In this document: positions 34,835 to 47,694 of the stretch, piece after piece
Layout: each line of letters begins with the position of its first letter
How positions within the stretch are numbered: position 1 is the first letter of the stretch
From: Azolla caroliniana
Lineage: Eukaryota > Plantae > Polypodiophyta
Direction: 5' to 3'
Length of the DNA stretch: 64,000 nucleotides
Assembly: GCA_043228905.1 (NCBI GenBank)
Contig: JBHGNT010000001.1
Location: 20,150,001 to 20,214,000 of the forward strand
Notes under the pieces: model-generated
The model's input: only the letters and a program-made list of their open reading frames with translations
Database searches by the model: none
Told to the model about the DNA's origin: nothing
Position numbers and translations under genes: made by a program

Positions 34835-36491
34835 CTAGTCATCGTTCAAAATGTCTAGGATGTTCGGCTCCATCCGTACGTCCTGGTCCAGAAATGGCCT
34901 GAACACCGTAGGTGCTTCGTTGTTTTGCTCGACGGGCTCCTCCAATTGCATGTCGTCCACTTCACCACGTTTGACCGTTGTGTGAGTTCCTATGTTTTCA
35001 TCTGCACTCCGCGTGCTCAGGGCCGGCTCAGTTGGTTCGACATCCGGATCATTCCTCCGAGGTTCTGGCATGGGCTCTTTAGTCTGTGGGCAAGCAGTCA
35101 GACGGGGCTCTTCCCTATCTGTTTCTTCCGTAACATTAACGGACTTAGTGGTCACCTCTGGTGGGTTGTTCCAATTGGGCTAAGGCTCATTTTGCTCGGC
35201 GGAATCACTTTCTTGTACCACAATTGTCTCCAGCCTCTGTTGTTCACTGTTCATTAGCCGGCGGAAAATGTTTCCCTGACTTTCCCCGAAATCTTCCAAC
35301 AACTGCGTGAGTTCTTTGAAGTGCTGGTCTGCTAGTGTGTGATAGTCCTGCACGAGGTCTTCGCGTATTGCCGCAATGCTTTCCTCATTGAACTTGTAGA
35401 AGCCTCTGCCTTCTTTTCGTCGGTTCTCCCAATCCACCTAGTAGGTGTGCAATTCTGCTGCTTGCGTTGCCCATGCCGCCCTAACTGTAACAATACGCTG
35501 AACTCATGGGTCGTATCTGGGATGTCTGGGTATTTGAGGACTTTGCTTTCCATTGTGACCACTCCTTTTCCACGCTACGACTGAGCCGTAATAATCGGTT
35601 CTGGATCTTGGATTATCTCCACTGTGGTTATGTGGTCCGTAGGGGTGGAAGTGTTGACTGAGGCAGCTGTGTCACTGACCAATCCATGACCATCCTTTCG
35701 ATCTAATCGTCGCCGTTTTGGGTTGGGGCTTTCGTGGTTTTGTTCCGTTTTTTGCTCTGTTGTTGTTGGTGGTGCTTCGACTGGCCTTGTTGGTTGTTCC
35801 AGCTGCACTGATTGCGCTACAGGGTGGGAAGGTTGTGGTTCCTCTTACCATTCCGTGGTTACCAATTCCGATAACCATCGTTTTGAGGATCGTGGCAGAG
35901 GCGTAGGTTTACTGGGCGGGTAGACCGCAAGGTGGAAACAATATTGTAAGGTACTGTTGTATAATTGGCCTTAGCCTTTTGCCGGCCTGATATGTGTGCA
36001 TGCCTTCTCTCAACGTTGGTCCTGTAATCACTCCCCAATGAACTTTGTGCCCTTCGAATGTATCAATGATAATTCTTACCTTCTGTTTCGGCATCCCGTA
36101 CGCGTTGACGTGCACACAACCGACCTCAAGTAGGAACGGATGTCTTTCGGGATGTCTTTCGAAAGAATGGGTTCGGGATGTCTTTCGTTCGGTATGCCTT
36201 GGCTGATACGGAGTATTCCCCAAAATATTCTTCTAGGGTTTTTGTAGGAGGAATGTCGAAGTGTTTCTCTCCAGTTGCAGATAGGTCCAATTTTTTCCGA
36301 ATAGTGGCATTTGTCACTGTGCCCACGTTGAGCTTTTTGGCGATGTCGAGAGCATCAGGGTGTGATGGTGGCTCTGCGACCCTGATGTACCCCTCAAAAC
36401 CCTTTTCCAGGAGCCACCTGCGTAACGCTGCAGAGATGGGGACCAACATCGTGGGTGGAAGAGGCTCGTGTAGAATAGGTGAAGTTCTCAA
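34835..36491 (-). pseudogene. Family A extra ORF downstream of integrase (sense to pol), function unknown
   Basis: LRRWLLEKGFEGYIRVAEPPSH...EYFGEYS...IIIDTFEGHKVHW; homologous to 57750-58170 and 6990-7110. Confidence 0.75.
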
Positions 36492-36998
36492 GCCACGGTG
36501 ATAGTGGACTCTGTGCTATGGTGGGGAGTGATGGGGGCAAGAAGGGCGAGGAGAGTTATTTTGTTTTTTGTAGTGTGCAGTAAACCTTCTTTTTGCCTCT
36601 TTTTGTGCTCTAGTGTTCATAGGCTTGTGTGACATCGTGGTGCCGCGTGTGCTTGATCTTGATGTTTGTGCATGCATAAACACCTTTTAATAGTCGTGAC
36701 TATCCTCTCTTTTTCTTTAACGGTAAAGTACAATATTACTATTACACGTGGGTCCTAGCTACTAATTAGTGTAGGAACCTCTCTACAGTGTCAGTTACAA
36801 CGTGGAACGGGTTGGGGGGCGTAGGTCCCAGATAAGGTTTCAATTGGAACCCATTCACTTTTTGCCGAAGTATAACTCCAACAAGCGTACCCAATTGGAA
36901 GGTCCCATTTTCCACTCCAACTATCCAATACGGCCCTGTCCAGCGGAACCGTAACTTACCTGGCATTTGACCCATGCGTGTTTGAAAGACCAATACGG

Positions 36999-37530
36999 TG
37001 TCGCGTTACTACGCACGTGCGTGGAGAAACGAGGCGGGACCACCGGTTTCTTGAACCGAAGAGCAGGTGATAGAAGGGGAAAGAGAAAGAGAGAGACGCC
37101 TGGTTACGTATGAGCAAAGAAACATAGGGGCACGGCCCGTCAACGCAGAAGACGCGAATGGACACAGAGACAGAGAGACACAAATGCTTGTATATTAACG
37201 AATGACAAATAAACAACAGAGCACGTGAGCGGTTACAACCGAACAGGCCGGCGAACAGATGCCGATGCCTGTTCGTCTGCGCATGAAAAGGGGATGGGAT
37301 GGAGGTGCTGCCGGAAGCACACGGGCGTTCCTCGAAGCAGCGCGAGCCTCCCGAAACCTGCAGAGAAGAGCCGTTTCCCTCATTAACTTCCTACCTACCG
37401 AATCTAACTACCTAGGATATGCCTTTGTACTTAATTCTCTATTATATACATTAAAGGGCGCGCACGCGTGAAGAGCCGGTTCACGCGCGCTATGCACCGA
37501 TTGCTCTAAGGGATGATTTTCTTCACGACA
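36999..37530 (-). repeat. 3' LTR of D2 (internal ~120 bp deletion)
   Basis: Direct repeat of 42018-42667. Confidence 0.93.
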
Positions 37531-37579
37531 TCCACCCCCACCTAACCGCGCATCCACCGGTATGCGCCAAAATTGGGTT

Positions 37580-39855
37580 CTAGTTGGAGAAAACCGGTCC
37601 GGGTTCCAGTTCCTCGTCCATCGGTTCGTCCTCCGTCTCGGACTGTTCGTCGTCATTGTCCAGGCCTCTTAGATCCGGTTCGCCGTCGTGGCGCTTCTTG
37701 AACGCTTTGATCCGCTTCCCTGCCACCGGTATCGCCATCCTCGTACCGTCGAGTTCCGCCAGGTGATACGTCTCGTTGTCGTTGGCGCTCGTTACCACGT
37801 AAGGCCCGAACCACCGGTTTGCAAACTTCCGTGTTGCTCGGTGCTGGTTGTCGAGGTTGTTGTCGTAGACTAGCACCCAGTCGCCTTCCTCGATTTTCTT
37901 TGGTCGGAGCCGGTGCGTTCGGTCGAACTGGGCTTTGTTCCTCATCCTCGCCACCCGAAGTCTCTCCGCCGCTCGTTCCACGTCCTCTGGCCTCCGCTCG
38001 AGTTGCCGTATATGCGCCGTTAGCAGTTCTTCTCCGCTCATCTTGTCTCTCCAGTCCACTGTCGCCCAAGAGGAGATCGTCTGTTCCATCGGCATGATCG
38101 GCTTCTGTCCGAACATGAGCTCTGACGGTATGAACCCGGTTACCGAACTGTGCGTTGTCCGGTCCGCCCACAAGGCGTAGGGTAACAGTCGTGGCCAGTT
38201 CCCGACCTGGCCTTCGCACGCCCGGACTAGCGCTTTGACGATCGGTCCGTGTCCGCGCTCCACCTTCCCGTTCGCCTCTGGATTGTACGCTATGGTGAGC
38301 GAGAGCTTGACCCCTAACCGGTCGAACAGCTCCTCGGCCTCTTCGGCGTCCAACTCCCCGCGGTCAGCCACGATCTTCCCGACGCACCCATACCGCCATA
38401 TCACGTCCTCCATCAGGAACCGACACACGGCCGCGGTCGTTTTGTTCTGCAGGGCTCGACCTTCCACCTGGTTCGTCAGGTCCTCCCGGGCTAGCACCAG
38501 ATATCGCATCTGCCCTATGCCCATCGGCATCGTCACCAAATCTACCATCCATTTGAAATGGATGGCCGGAGGGTAAGTAGGGTGAAGCTCGTCCCGATGT
38601 CGTACTATGGAGTGCATCTGACAGCTCTCACAAGTTGTCACAAACCGATGCACGTCCCGGTACAGTCCCGGCCACCAGTACTTCCCCTTCAGTTTCTCGA
38701 ACGTGGCCCACGTCCCACGGTGTCTAGCCCAGGGGCTGTCGTGGTAGGCCTTCAGTAACTCCTTCTGTTCCTCCTTGTGGCAGGGTACACATCCGCACTA
38801 GGACGAGAGGAGTCCGCATCGTCGTAATGTCTCTGCTCTCTACGGCTAGTTGGAACTGATCGTACCCCGAGTACAGATCACCGACCGAGTAGATCGACCT
38901 TCCGGCGAAGGCTTCCGCGAACTGATCTATCGTTGGTCCAATTCCTGCGTTCCGAATGGTCACCCTGTTGACCAGTTGCAGGTCTTGAATGAAGCGCAAC
39001 GTCCCATTCTTCTTCGGTACAATAAACCACCGGTTAGACTACGGGGCACTCAACGGTTCGAGGATGCCCATATCGATTTTCTGCCTCAACAGCTCCATCA
39101 GCTCCGGGATGTGAGCTCTCGGTACTGGAATTGGTTTGAGATTCCACGGCACATGCGGTACCGTGAATATCACCATCGGCTTCACGACTGTCGGGTCTAC
39201 GCACCCGATCTCTCCCGGCGAGAATGCGAAGGCTTTCCCGTGCCTTCTGAGCATTCTCTGAAACCGGTCTTCTTCCGCCGGCAGTAGGAACCCGCCCCCA
39301 CCGATTTTGAGCTATGTCGGTGAAGGCGTGTCCTATGCAGGCCGGATCTCGTAAACTAGGGTCCGACGCGACCCCCTTGATTCGCAACTCGCTGCCCTCC
39401 GGTAAGGGTGCCGCGACTGGCCTTACCTTCCGGTCCACAGTCTTGTACTTCGTGTTTACCCGGGCCGTCCGATCCGACTCGAGCCCTTGACTGAAGTCCG
39501 CAATGACTTCGTACATCTTTTCTGAACAAACCGGTATCGTTCGGTCCTCTTTAAGGCCCTCTCCGACCACCTCTCGCAGTATTCCCAAGGTATCGTCGAA
39601 GGAGACCACCTCCACGGCTCCGTTGATTTCCTCGCTGGGTCCGAGAACTCCGCACGCCCGAAGTCGCTCTTCCGCCCTTGTCTTTTCTCGGCCAACGACA
39701 CCGACTATCGCACACCCTCCGTTGTTGGAGAAACAAAACTTCCTACTTATGGTACAAGGTTTCTTCGGTTTCGCCTCTATCGTACATTCATGGGGTTTTC
39801 CTGGAGTGTCCGGACTATCGCGGCCCCACACCTTGACAACCCTCTCTAAAAATCC
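37580..39855 (-). pseudogene. pol: D2 pol: RT N-part fused by deletion to integrase
   Basis: KYKTVDRKVRPV, FIQDLQLVN, DLYSGYDQF, CTLPQGG then KAYHDSPW; WMVDL, ADRGE, NGKVERGH. Confidence 0.9.
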
Positions 39856-41973
39856 TCTCGGTTCTCGCCACCGAGGGACTCGCGGTTTCGCTCGTGGTTC
39901 GGTCGCACCGTCAGGAACTGGACCGAATGACGCCCGTCCTGACTCTTGACCCTCGCGTAAGCCGACCCGTTGTGCAACACCTTGGTCTCCATCCGTGATG
40001 CCGTAATGTACGGTTCTCCCAGTATGACCGGGTGCAAGGACGTCTCCTGCACAAAGAAGAGTTGGTCTATTTCGACGTCGCCGATCTTGACTCACACGTT
40101 TGGGCAGGCCCCGTGTAGTTTCTTGGTGGTGCGCGTCGCCGCCCGTATCTTCCACCCGTGCTTGGTGTTGATCGGCCATTTCCCCTTCTTGTGGAAGTCC
40201 ATGGACATCAGGTTTATTTCCGAACCGTGGTCCACCAGTGCCACCACCGGTTCCTGAACAGTTCCGATCTTCACCGGGGTTTCCGTGGTCGCTCAGGCCC
40301 AGTGTGGCCTCGAGTAGTGGCTCTCCGCCCACTCGTCTTCCAGCGCCATGTCCTCTATGTGCGTCGTCCGCACCTCCACCGGCCTCTCCGGTTCTGTCTC
40401 CGTCGACCCCCTCTTCCTCTTCACCAAGTCTACGATGGAGTCGTGGAACTCCTTCTTGGCGATTCCGAGCACCTCCCGCAACGACAGTTCCACCTTGCTG
40501 TCGAGGATTCGTTCTTCCAGGACCTTTCGTAGGTCCGTGGTCCTTTCGATCTCTGTGCCCAAACGGTATCCGCCCTTCTTGTGGTTATCCCGGGCACTGG
40601 TCTCACCGGCCTCGTTCTGTTTCGGCCTGAATCGGGTTTCGTATCTCTCTGAGGGTCTGGCCCCTCCGGTTTTACCTACCCGTTTGTCTTCAACCAGAGC
40701 CTCGTAGTTCTGGCAAGCTGCTTCGACAAACCCCGTCTTTTCTTCGACCGGGTGACTCCACCCGGTTACCTCCTGGACCCGCTTCTCCACGCGGTCCGCC
40801 TCGTCTTTCTTTAGTCGGGCACCAGCGAGGCCTTCCAGCACCGTCGGCCAGAACCCGGCTTTGCTCTCCTTCCGGGTCTCGCTACCTCCGACCCGAATAC
40901 CGGCTGACGCTGAGTAGTGGACGGTCTCCGCGTGCCGGGCCGCCGCCTCTTCCATCAGCCTTTTCATTCCTCCTCGCCCGTCGTTTCGGTTCAGGGCCCT
41001 CCGAGTATCGCTGGCGTGCACCCGTCCTTCCCACAGGTACACTACCCGACTTCTCAAAGCCTCCGCTAAGTCCCCGCAGTCTTTCCAGATGTGGCCGACC
41101 TCGTCGCACCACATGCACCTATTTCCTGCCGGAGGCCATCAGTCACGAGCCTGTTCGCCGCCTTCCCTCCGAGCCTGGGCGATCTTGATATCCTTTACCA
41201 CACGTGTCAACTCCTCCAAAGCTGTTCCCCCCGGACGAGCCTCTGACCACGCCGGTCGAAGCCGAACCGGTTTCGAGCCACTCCCGGGTCTCTTCCCCTC
41301 GCGCTTGTGGTATCGGTTCGAGCTTCCTTGCTGCGACAGGACCCGCTCCAGTCGCCCCTGTATCAGCCCACTCCCACCGTTTGTCAAAACGGCCACAGAC
41401 TCTTTTTACCGCGGCCCAGTCGGCCGTCAGCCCGTCTTTGGTTTCCAGTAAGGAGCCCACTTGCTCCCGATCCCGTGCGTCAACCGATTTGACAAATAGT
41501 AGGACACGACTTGTGTCCAGAACGGTCCGATCGAGCGCCGAAAGGCATGCAAAGCGTTCCTCAAACTCCCGGAGGAGTACCGACGCATTTCTTCCTTTGT
41601 TGGGGGACTCCACCCACTCCATGAAGCCCCGCTTCGAAAGTCAAAGCGCGTCATCCAGCATGTATTTCTCCAGGAGCCATCCTTCGAACCCCTCCCAGGT
41701 CCGGCTCTCCGCCTGGACCTCGAGCACCTCCGCATGGATGCCCGGCATCGCCACTCGAGGGAATCCGGCAAGACGCCTCTCTTCCGGAATATCCCTCATC
41801 AACATCTCCGCCCGGTAGGACGCCAAATAACTCGTGGCATCCTTTCCACTGAACCGGCTGATCATACCAACGATCGCCTCAATAGCCCTGTCAAGGCCGC
41901 CGGTGCCCTCACGCGCGCTCACTTTCTAGTCCACGGCCGAAGCCATGGCCTCTGCAAGATCTGACCCCCTCAT
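39846..41973 (-). pseudogene. gag: D2 gag-protease ORF (degenerate)
   Basis: RFSGKDATSYLASYRAEM, CMWCDEVGHIWKDC, ALVDHGSEINLMS; ends REDF*. Confidence 0.88.
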
Positions 41974-41995
41974 CTTCTGCTCCTCTGCCGCCTGT

Positions 41996-42013
41996 TTCAC
42001 GTCGGGTTCACCA
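41996..42013 (-). promoter_or_regulatory. PBS tRNA-Trp (D2)
   Basis: Identical 18-mer to 27782-27799, 4 nt from the LTR. Confidence 0.85.
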
Positions 42014-42017
42014 AATA

Positions 42018-42667
42018 TGTCGCGTTACTACGCACGTGCGTGGAGAAACGAGGCGGGACCACCGGGGTCTTGAACCAAAGAGGAGGTGATAGAAGGGGAA
42101 AGAGAAAGAGAGAGACACCCGGTTACGTATGAGCAAAGAAACACAGGGGCACGACCCATCAACGCAGAAGATGCGAATGGACACAGAGACAGAGAGACAC
42201 AAATGCTTGTATATTAACGAATGACAAATAAACAACAGAGCACGCGAGCGGTTACAACCGAACAAGCCGGCGAACAGATGTCGATGCCTGTTCGTCTACA
42301 CACGAAAAGGGGATGGGATGGAGGTGCTGCCGGAAGCACACGGGCGTTCCTCGAAGCAGCGCGAGCCTCCCGAAACCCGCAGAGAAGAGCAATAGAGAAC
42401 AAACAGAGGAGAAGCGTTTGGTTACGGTCCGACAGCACTTCGTCATCCTCAATGCGCGATCCCCTTCTCCCCGCGTCTCCCTCTCTTTTATAGCTTCAAG
42501 AAGGGAGCCGTTTCCCTCATTAACTTCCTACCTACCGAATCTAACTACCTAGGATATGCCTTTGTACTTAATTCTCTATTATATACATTAAAGGGCGCAC
42601 ACGCTTGAAGAGCCGGTTCACGCGCGCTATGCACTGATTGCTCTAAGGGACGGTTTTCTTCACGACA
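42018..42667 (-). repeat. 5' LTR of D2
   Basis: Minus strand TGTCGTGAAG...AACGCGACA. Confidence 0.93.
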
Positions 42668-45050
42668 ACGGCCTTCCCAACAACAAGGTATTTCTCCCGT
42701 GTGCCCTGATGTCGATCCACGAATGCTTTACGTCGTCGCTATTCTTACTCGAGTACGGCCATACTATGGACCCAAGCCTCGCCTAATTCGAGAAGTTGTT
42801 GTAGCCGTATTTGCTCTAACTTGCCTTATGACAGTCAGTCTCGTACTTGAATTCTCAAATTGGGCACCTGGAATTCGATGGGCATTACGGCTTCTAACCC
42901 AAACACGAGCCGGAAGGGTGTGGACTATACGCTAGATTTGTAACTCATCCGATAAGCCCACAAGGCGTTGTGCAGCTTGGTATCCCAGTCTGTCCTATTC
43001 TCATTCACAATCTTTTTCATTATGGTCTGTAAGGTCTTGTTTGTGGACTCCGCTAACCCATTCTCCTACGGGTAATATGATGTGCTCTTCTTATGCACTA
43101 CGGCGTAATGGTGTGCTAGCTCGTAGATGACCAAATTCTGAAAGTGGCTCCCTTGATCACTGATCAGCTCGATTGGGCACCCAAAACGACACCAAATGTA
43201 TTCATAAAGAAATTTTATCATGTATGCCGCCGTATTATCCCATAACGCTTTTGCTTCTACCCACTTAGTGTAGTAATCCGTGGCTACGAGAATGTACTTA
43301 TTGCCCGTCCGCACCATTGCCAACATAACGGGACCAACAAAATCCAGACCCCATTTCAGGAATGGATCCAGCGGAAGAACCGGTTAGTGCGGCATCCGTG
43401 CGAGCTCCGTAGGTTGCCCCAAACGTTGACATAGATCACACTGTCTATAGTATTGATATGTGTCTTTCTGCGTAGTTGGCCACCATAGCCCTGCTTGCCA
43501 TATTTTTCGGGTCGTAACATCGCCCGGTTGTACCGCAATGAGCTTCGCGCAGAACGGCTTCCTTTTCATCCTGGTGTATCTCGCGTCGCTAGATCCCGTC
43601 GCTACCCTTGTGGTAAAGGACCCTTTAAACAGTCAAAAGTTATGACTCTAGACAGCTAGCCGTTTCTTCTCATCCGTCCTTAGTTGCGGAGGTGGCAGTC
43701 CCATAGTCAAAAAGTACGTCATTTCCACCAGCCAATAATCCAGAAAATTTGTTTCTGCTTTTGATGTCCTAGTCGCGATCCTCAGAATGTTTGCGTCAGG
43801 AAAGTCGTCATCGTCCCTCCCCGCATTATCGCCATTATCTACTCGTCTTAAGAAATCAGTTACGGCAAGCTTCATGCCCAGTCGATGTTGAATTGCGAAG
43901 TTGAACTCCTGGAGCAACAACATCCATCTGGCCAGCTTCCTTGTCAGTGCCTGTTTCTGAACTAGATAACGCTGCATGATCTACGTGAAACGTAAATATG
44001 CATCCTAGCAGATAATGCCAGAATTTGTTGATGCTTTATATCATCCCCTAGGCTTCACGCTCGATTGTGGAGTAGTTTCTCTCGGCGGTTGATAGTTTAC
44101 GAGTGGCGTAATAGACCCGACCCGTCTGTACCAACTCGGCTCTATGAGTTGCATTAAGGCGTTGCCCATTGCTATATCTGAGGCATCCACAAAGACGTGA
44201 AAAGGTTTAGTCCAATTTGGTGGTTGTACGACCGGTGCTTGGGTTAACATTATCTTCAGTGTGTCATAAGCTTTCTCTTCTATTGCCGTCCACTTGAAGG
44301 GCGTTCGATGTATGGTGGTGTGTAATGGGGTCGCAAAATCCGCCAAGTACCGTAACATGCGGCTATGCCAACGTATTTGACCCAGGAAGTGGTTGAGGGC
44401 TTTGGCATTAGTCAGGGTCTTTGCTTCAATGATTGGAGTGATTTCATTCGGATCCACAGGTATCCCTTCCTTGCTTATGATGTGTCCGAGAAGTGCCCCA
44501 CTTGTGATGCCGAATGCAGATTTGGCCGGATTAAGGCTGAGGCGTGTTGTACGACAGTACTCCAAACAAACTCGGAAATGGCCCAAATGTTTGCCTCGTG
44601 TTCCATATACCGCGCAATCATCGAGAAAGAGTTGCATAAAGGTGGGTATGTACTCCCCAAAAATCTTCGTAACTGTTCGCTGGAACGTGGCAGGTGCCGT
44701 CTTTAGCCCAAATATCATGACCACAGTGACGAAAACACCCTACTCCGTGACGAAGACAGTCTTGTCCTAGTCTTCAAGGTGCATGCGTACCAGATTGTAT
44801 CCGCTAAAACCATCTAGAAAACTATACATGTCATGGCCCGCGACCGTGTCTAGTACGCTATCGGTGAAGGGTAAGGGAAACACATATGTTATCGTTACAA
44901 TGTTGAGCTTCCGATAATCCACGCAAAAACGGATTTTACCATTTTTCTTTGGTACCACGACTATCGGGCTCAGCCACATGGCCTGCTTCACTAGCCAGAT
45001 AAACCCTGCTTTTAGAAGTTTGTCAATCTCTTTTTTTACGCGAACTGCAT

Positions 45051-45678
45051 TTTCGTGGAGAAAACCATCCCTAGGAGGAATCGATGGATAGTGTGCGTGA
45101 AACGGCCCTTACACACGGGCACATGTTTGATATATTTACAGGTCGACGATGTAATTATCCTAGGTAGCACGAATTCATTATGTAGGGAATCGAAGAGGAG
45201 TTGTATCCAAAAGGACAGAGAATAAAAGTGATGTAACGGTCTGTAATGGCTCTCTCTCTACTTGTGCTATAAAAGGAGAGGGAAAAGGGGTTGAGGGGGG
45301 ATCACGTAGTCGAGGACTAAGTGTTGTCAGACTGGAACCGAGCTCTTCTCCTTTGTTTGTCATCGTTCTCTGCAAGGTTTGGGAGGTTGCCTCTGTTTCG
45401 TGGAAAGCCTGAGTGCTTCCGATAGGGGCTCCATCTCTTGTTATCGTGTGCATTGTGTGAGTTGGTGTGATCGAGTTGGCACTTACCGGCTAGCCGGCTG
45501 TAATCTCGATCATACATACATATATATATAGATATAGATATAGACCTTTGCCTTACTCGTTGTTTGACCTTGTTTGTGAATTCTCTGTGTATTTGTGTGT
45601 GCGCCTCAGCCGTGGTTTTGTAGTGTGCCTCCCTCTGCTTGGCTTTGGTATCTCCTATGCGTGCAAGATAACACGACA
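45051..45678 (+). mobile_element. Family D solo LTR at the same site as D1 in the other duplication unit
   Basis: Homologous to 27122-27777; host RT codons (LNYAVRVK) are restored by removing the LTR plus 4 bp; flanks GCAT (GCGT in unit 1) / ACGT. Confidence 0.9.
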
Positions 45679-47024
45679 ACGTAATTCAGGTTCATCCGAT
45701 AGCGACATTGCTGCACCGGTTTTGCGTCGGTGGACAAGTTGATCTTGTGCTGATAAAATTTAGGATCCAACTCCTGCATGTCCTCATGTGACCATGCGAA
45801 AACATCTTTATATTCCTTGAGCAGCTCGATCATTGTCGTCTTCTCACTTGGGACCAAATCCTTCGCAATTGAGAGTAGTCGAGGTTCCGCTGTGGTTCTG
45901 ATATTGACTTCTTCTAATGCCACAACAATGACTCGCCTTGAGATTTCCATTTCTCTCTTGAATGCTATCCGTGCTCTACTTAACTCCATCAACGACTCCG
46001 AGTTTGGTTCGTATGAAGCTTCCTACAGCGTATTAGGTGGGGCGTATTCCGCAACAGTTTCTATTATGTCAATTTCGAATAAAGGAACGATTTGCGGGTG
46101 ATCCTCCAAGTACGCCTCCAGCTCTGTATCATCTACTTCTTCCAGCATATTTATAACTTCCGCGTATACTGGCTTTATGCCCTTGGTTAGCGCCACCGTT
46201 TCCTGAGTGAGCACACGAACTTTGCTTCGGCCTTGCCGGAAGCTGGTACAATTATGCTGCCAATTCTGTTTTATGTTGGTGGAGTGTAGCCAAGGTCTGC
46301 CAAGCAATATTGGGTATGCTCCTGGGGCGTCTATGGCAAGCACTGCCACAGAGATGTCAAGCAATGGCTGCCAACGACAATGCCTAGTATCCGGATTAAC
46401 CTTAGGGGTCTGACAGAGCAAGTGTCCGCCATGCGGACCCAGAAAGGGAATGCTTCCCAACCTGTAATGCCTAGTCGTGCGGATGTATTCATACTGATGA
46501 CATTAACATTGGATCCCCCATCAATGATATATCTTGAGATTTCATGTCCTTGCAATACCAACTCAATGGCTGGATTGTGATGATCTACGACTGTTGTGCT
46601 TGTACTAGACTCCGCAAAATTTGCCGAGACATCTAATCTGGCGGTGCCCCTTATGTGATTTTCCACGACCTGCCAGAATCGAGGCACCAGTCGGAGAAAC
46701 TTATCCATGGTCATTGTTTTCTCACAGTTCGCCAAATCTTGCCATATGGGATCCGGTGACGACGTATTTTCTTTCATTGGCAGACAGTCGTTTGAGGAAT
46801 CGTGCTTCATTCGTTCCGCGTTTGCCGCATTTGCTTTTTCTACCTAGGCCTGGGCTACCTTGCGTATCTCATCTTGTTCTGCCCAGTCTACATTCTTCGA
46901 CTGCTGCCATGTTGTGACTTGTTGAACTTCTGTCGTGATGGTATTCACGACTGCCTCCTTTCCTTTTTGACATGGGCACTACGTCGCGTAATGATCGGGT
47001 TGTTGACACACGAAACAGTGTACG

Positions 47025-47660
47025 TGACAGGAATACGGTTTCCTAAGCTATGCTCGGCAACAACCGAGACGTCAGATCAAGCACAGAAAACAGGGATGTG
47101 GTGAGATGTATCTACACACGAAACAGTAAAGAAGAGAGTGCACTGGATGTTAACGTCGAAAACCCAAATCTGGGAAAAACCACGGCAGCCCTCAGACTGC
47201 AAAATATCACTATATCAAGATTACAACAATGGGGCACAGAGGCAATGACCTCTTGCTCCCTCGCTTTGCCACCAGGTGGTTACAACAGAGGCAACAACCT
47301 CTTCCTCTCTCTCTCTCTCTTCTCTGTACGCAGTTACGCTCTGAATTATCGCCACAACGATAATAACACAACCAACTCTACATCATTACTATTACGTTTG
47401 CCCTAGGTCATATTTATACTAATATGACTTTCAGGCTATTTACAAATATAGCCCCAGTGGGCTCTATGGAACATATTTACATATATGTCCCTTCCATCCG
47501 ATGAGAGGTTCTCATCGGGTCTTCCTTGCCGGGCACTCCACATCCGGTTCTCACCAGGTCTTCCGTTGCCGGGTACTCCACATCCGGATTCGGCCTTGGC
47601 CGAGTTGCTCATCAACACTGTTCTTCTCACTTCCCATCCGGAGGGACCTCTTTCCTAACA
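47025..47660 (-). repeat. 3' LTR of E2
   Basis: Matches the pieces 51688-51820, 52473-52873 and 53849-53926. Confidence 0.92.
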
Positions 47661-47694
47661 AACTCCCCCTTCACTCCGGCATGGGATGTCTTAT

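Larger units (their letters stand above)
36999..42667 (-). mobile_element. Ty3/gypsy family D, copy D2, two LTRs, internal RT-RH deletion
   Basis: LTRs 36999-37530 and 42018-42667, TSD ACGG (36995-36998, 42668-42671), PBS 41996-42013, PPT 37531-37545. Confidence 0.96.
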
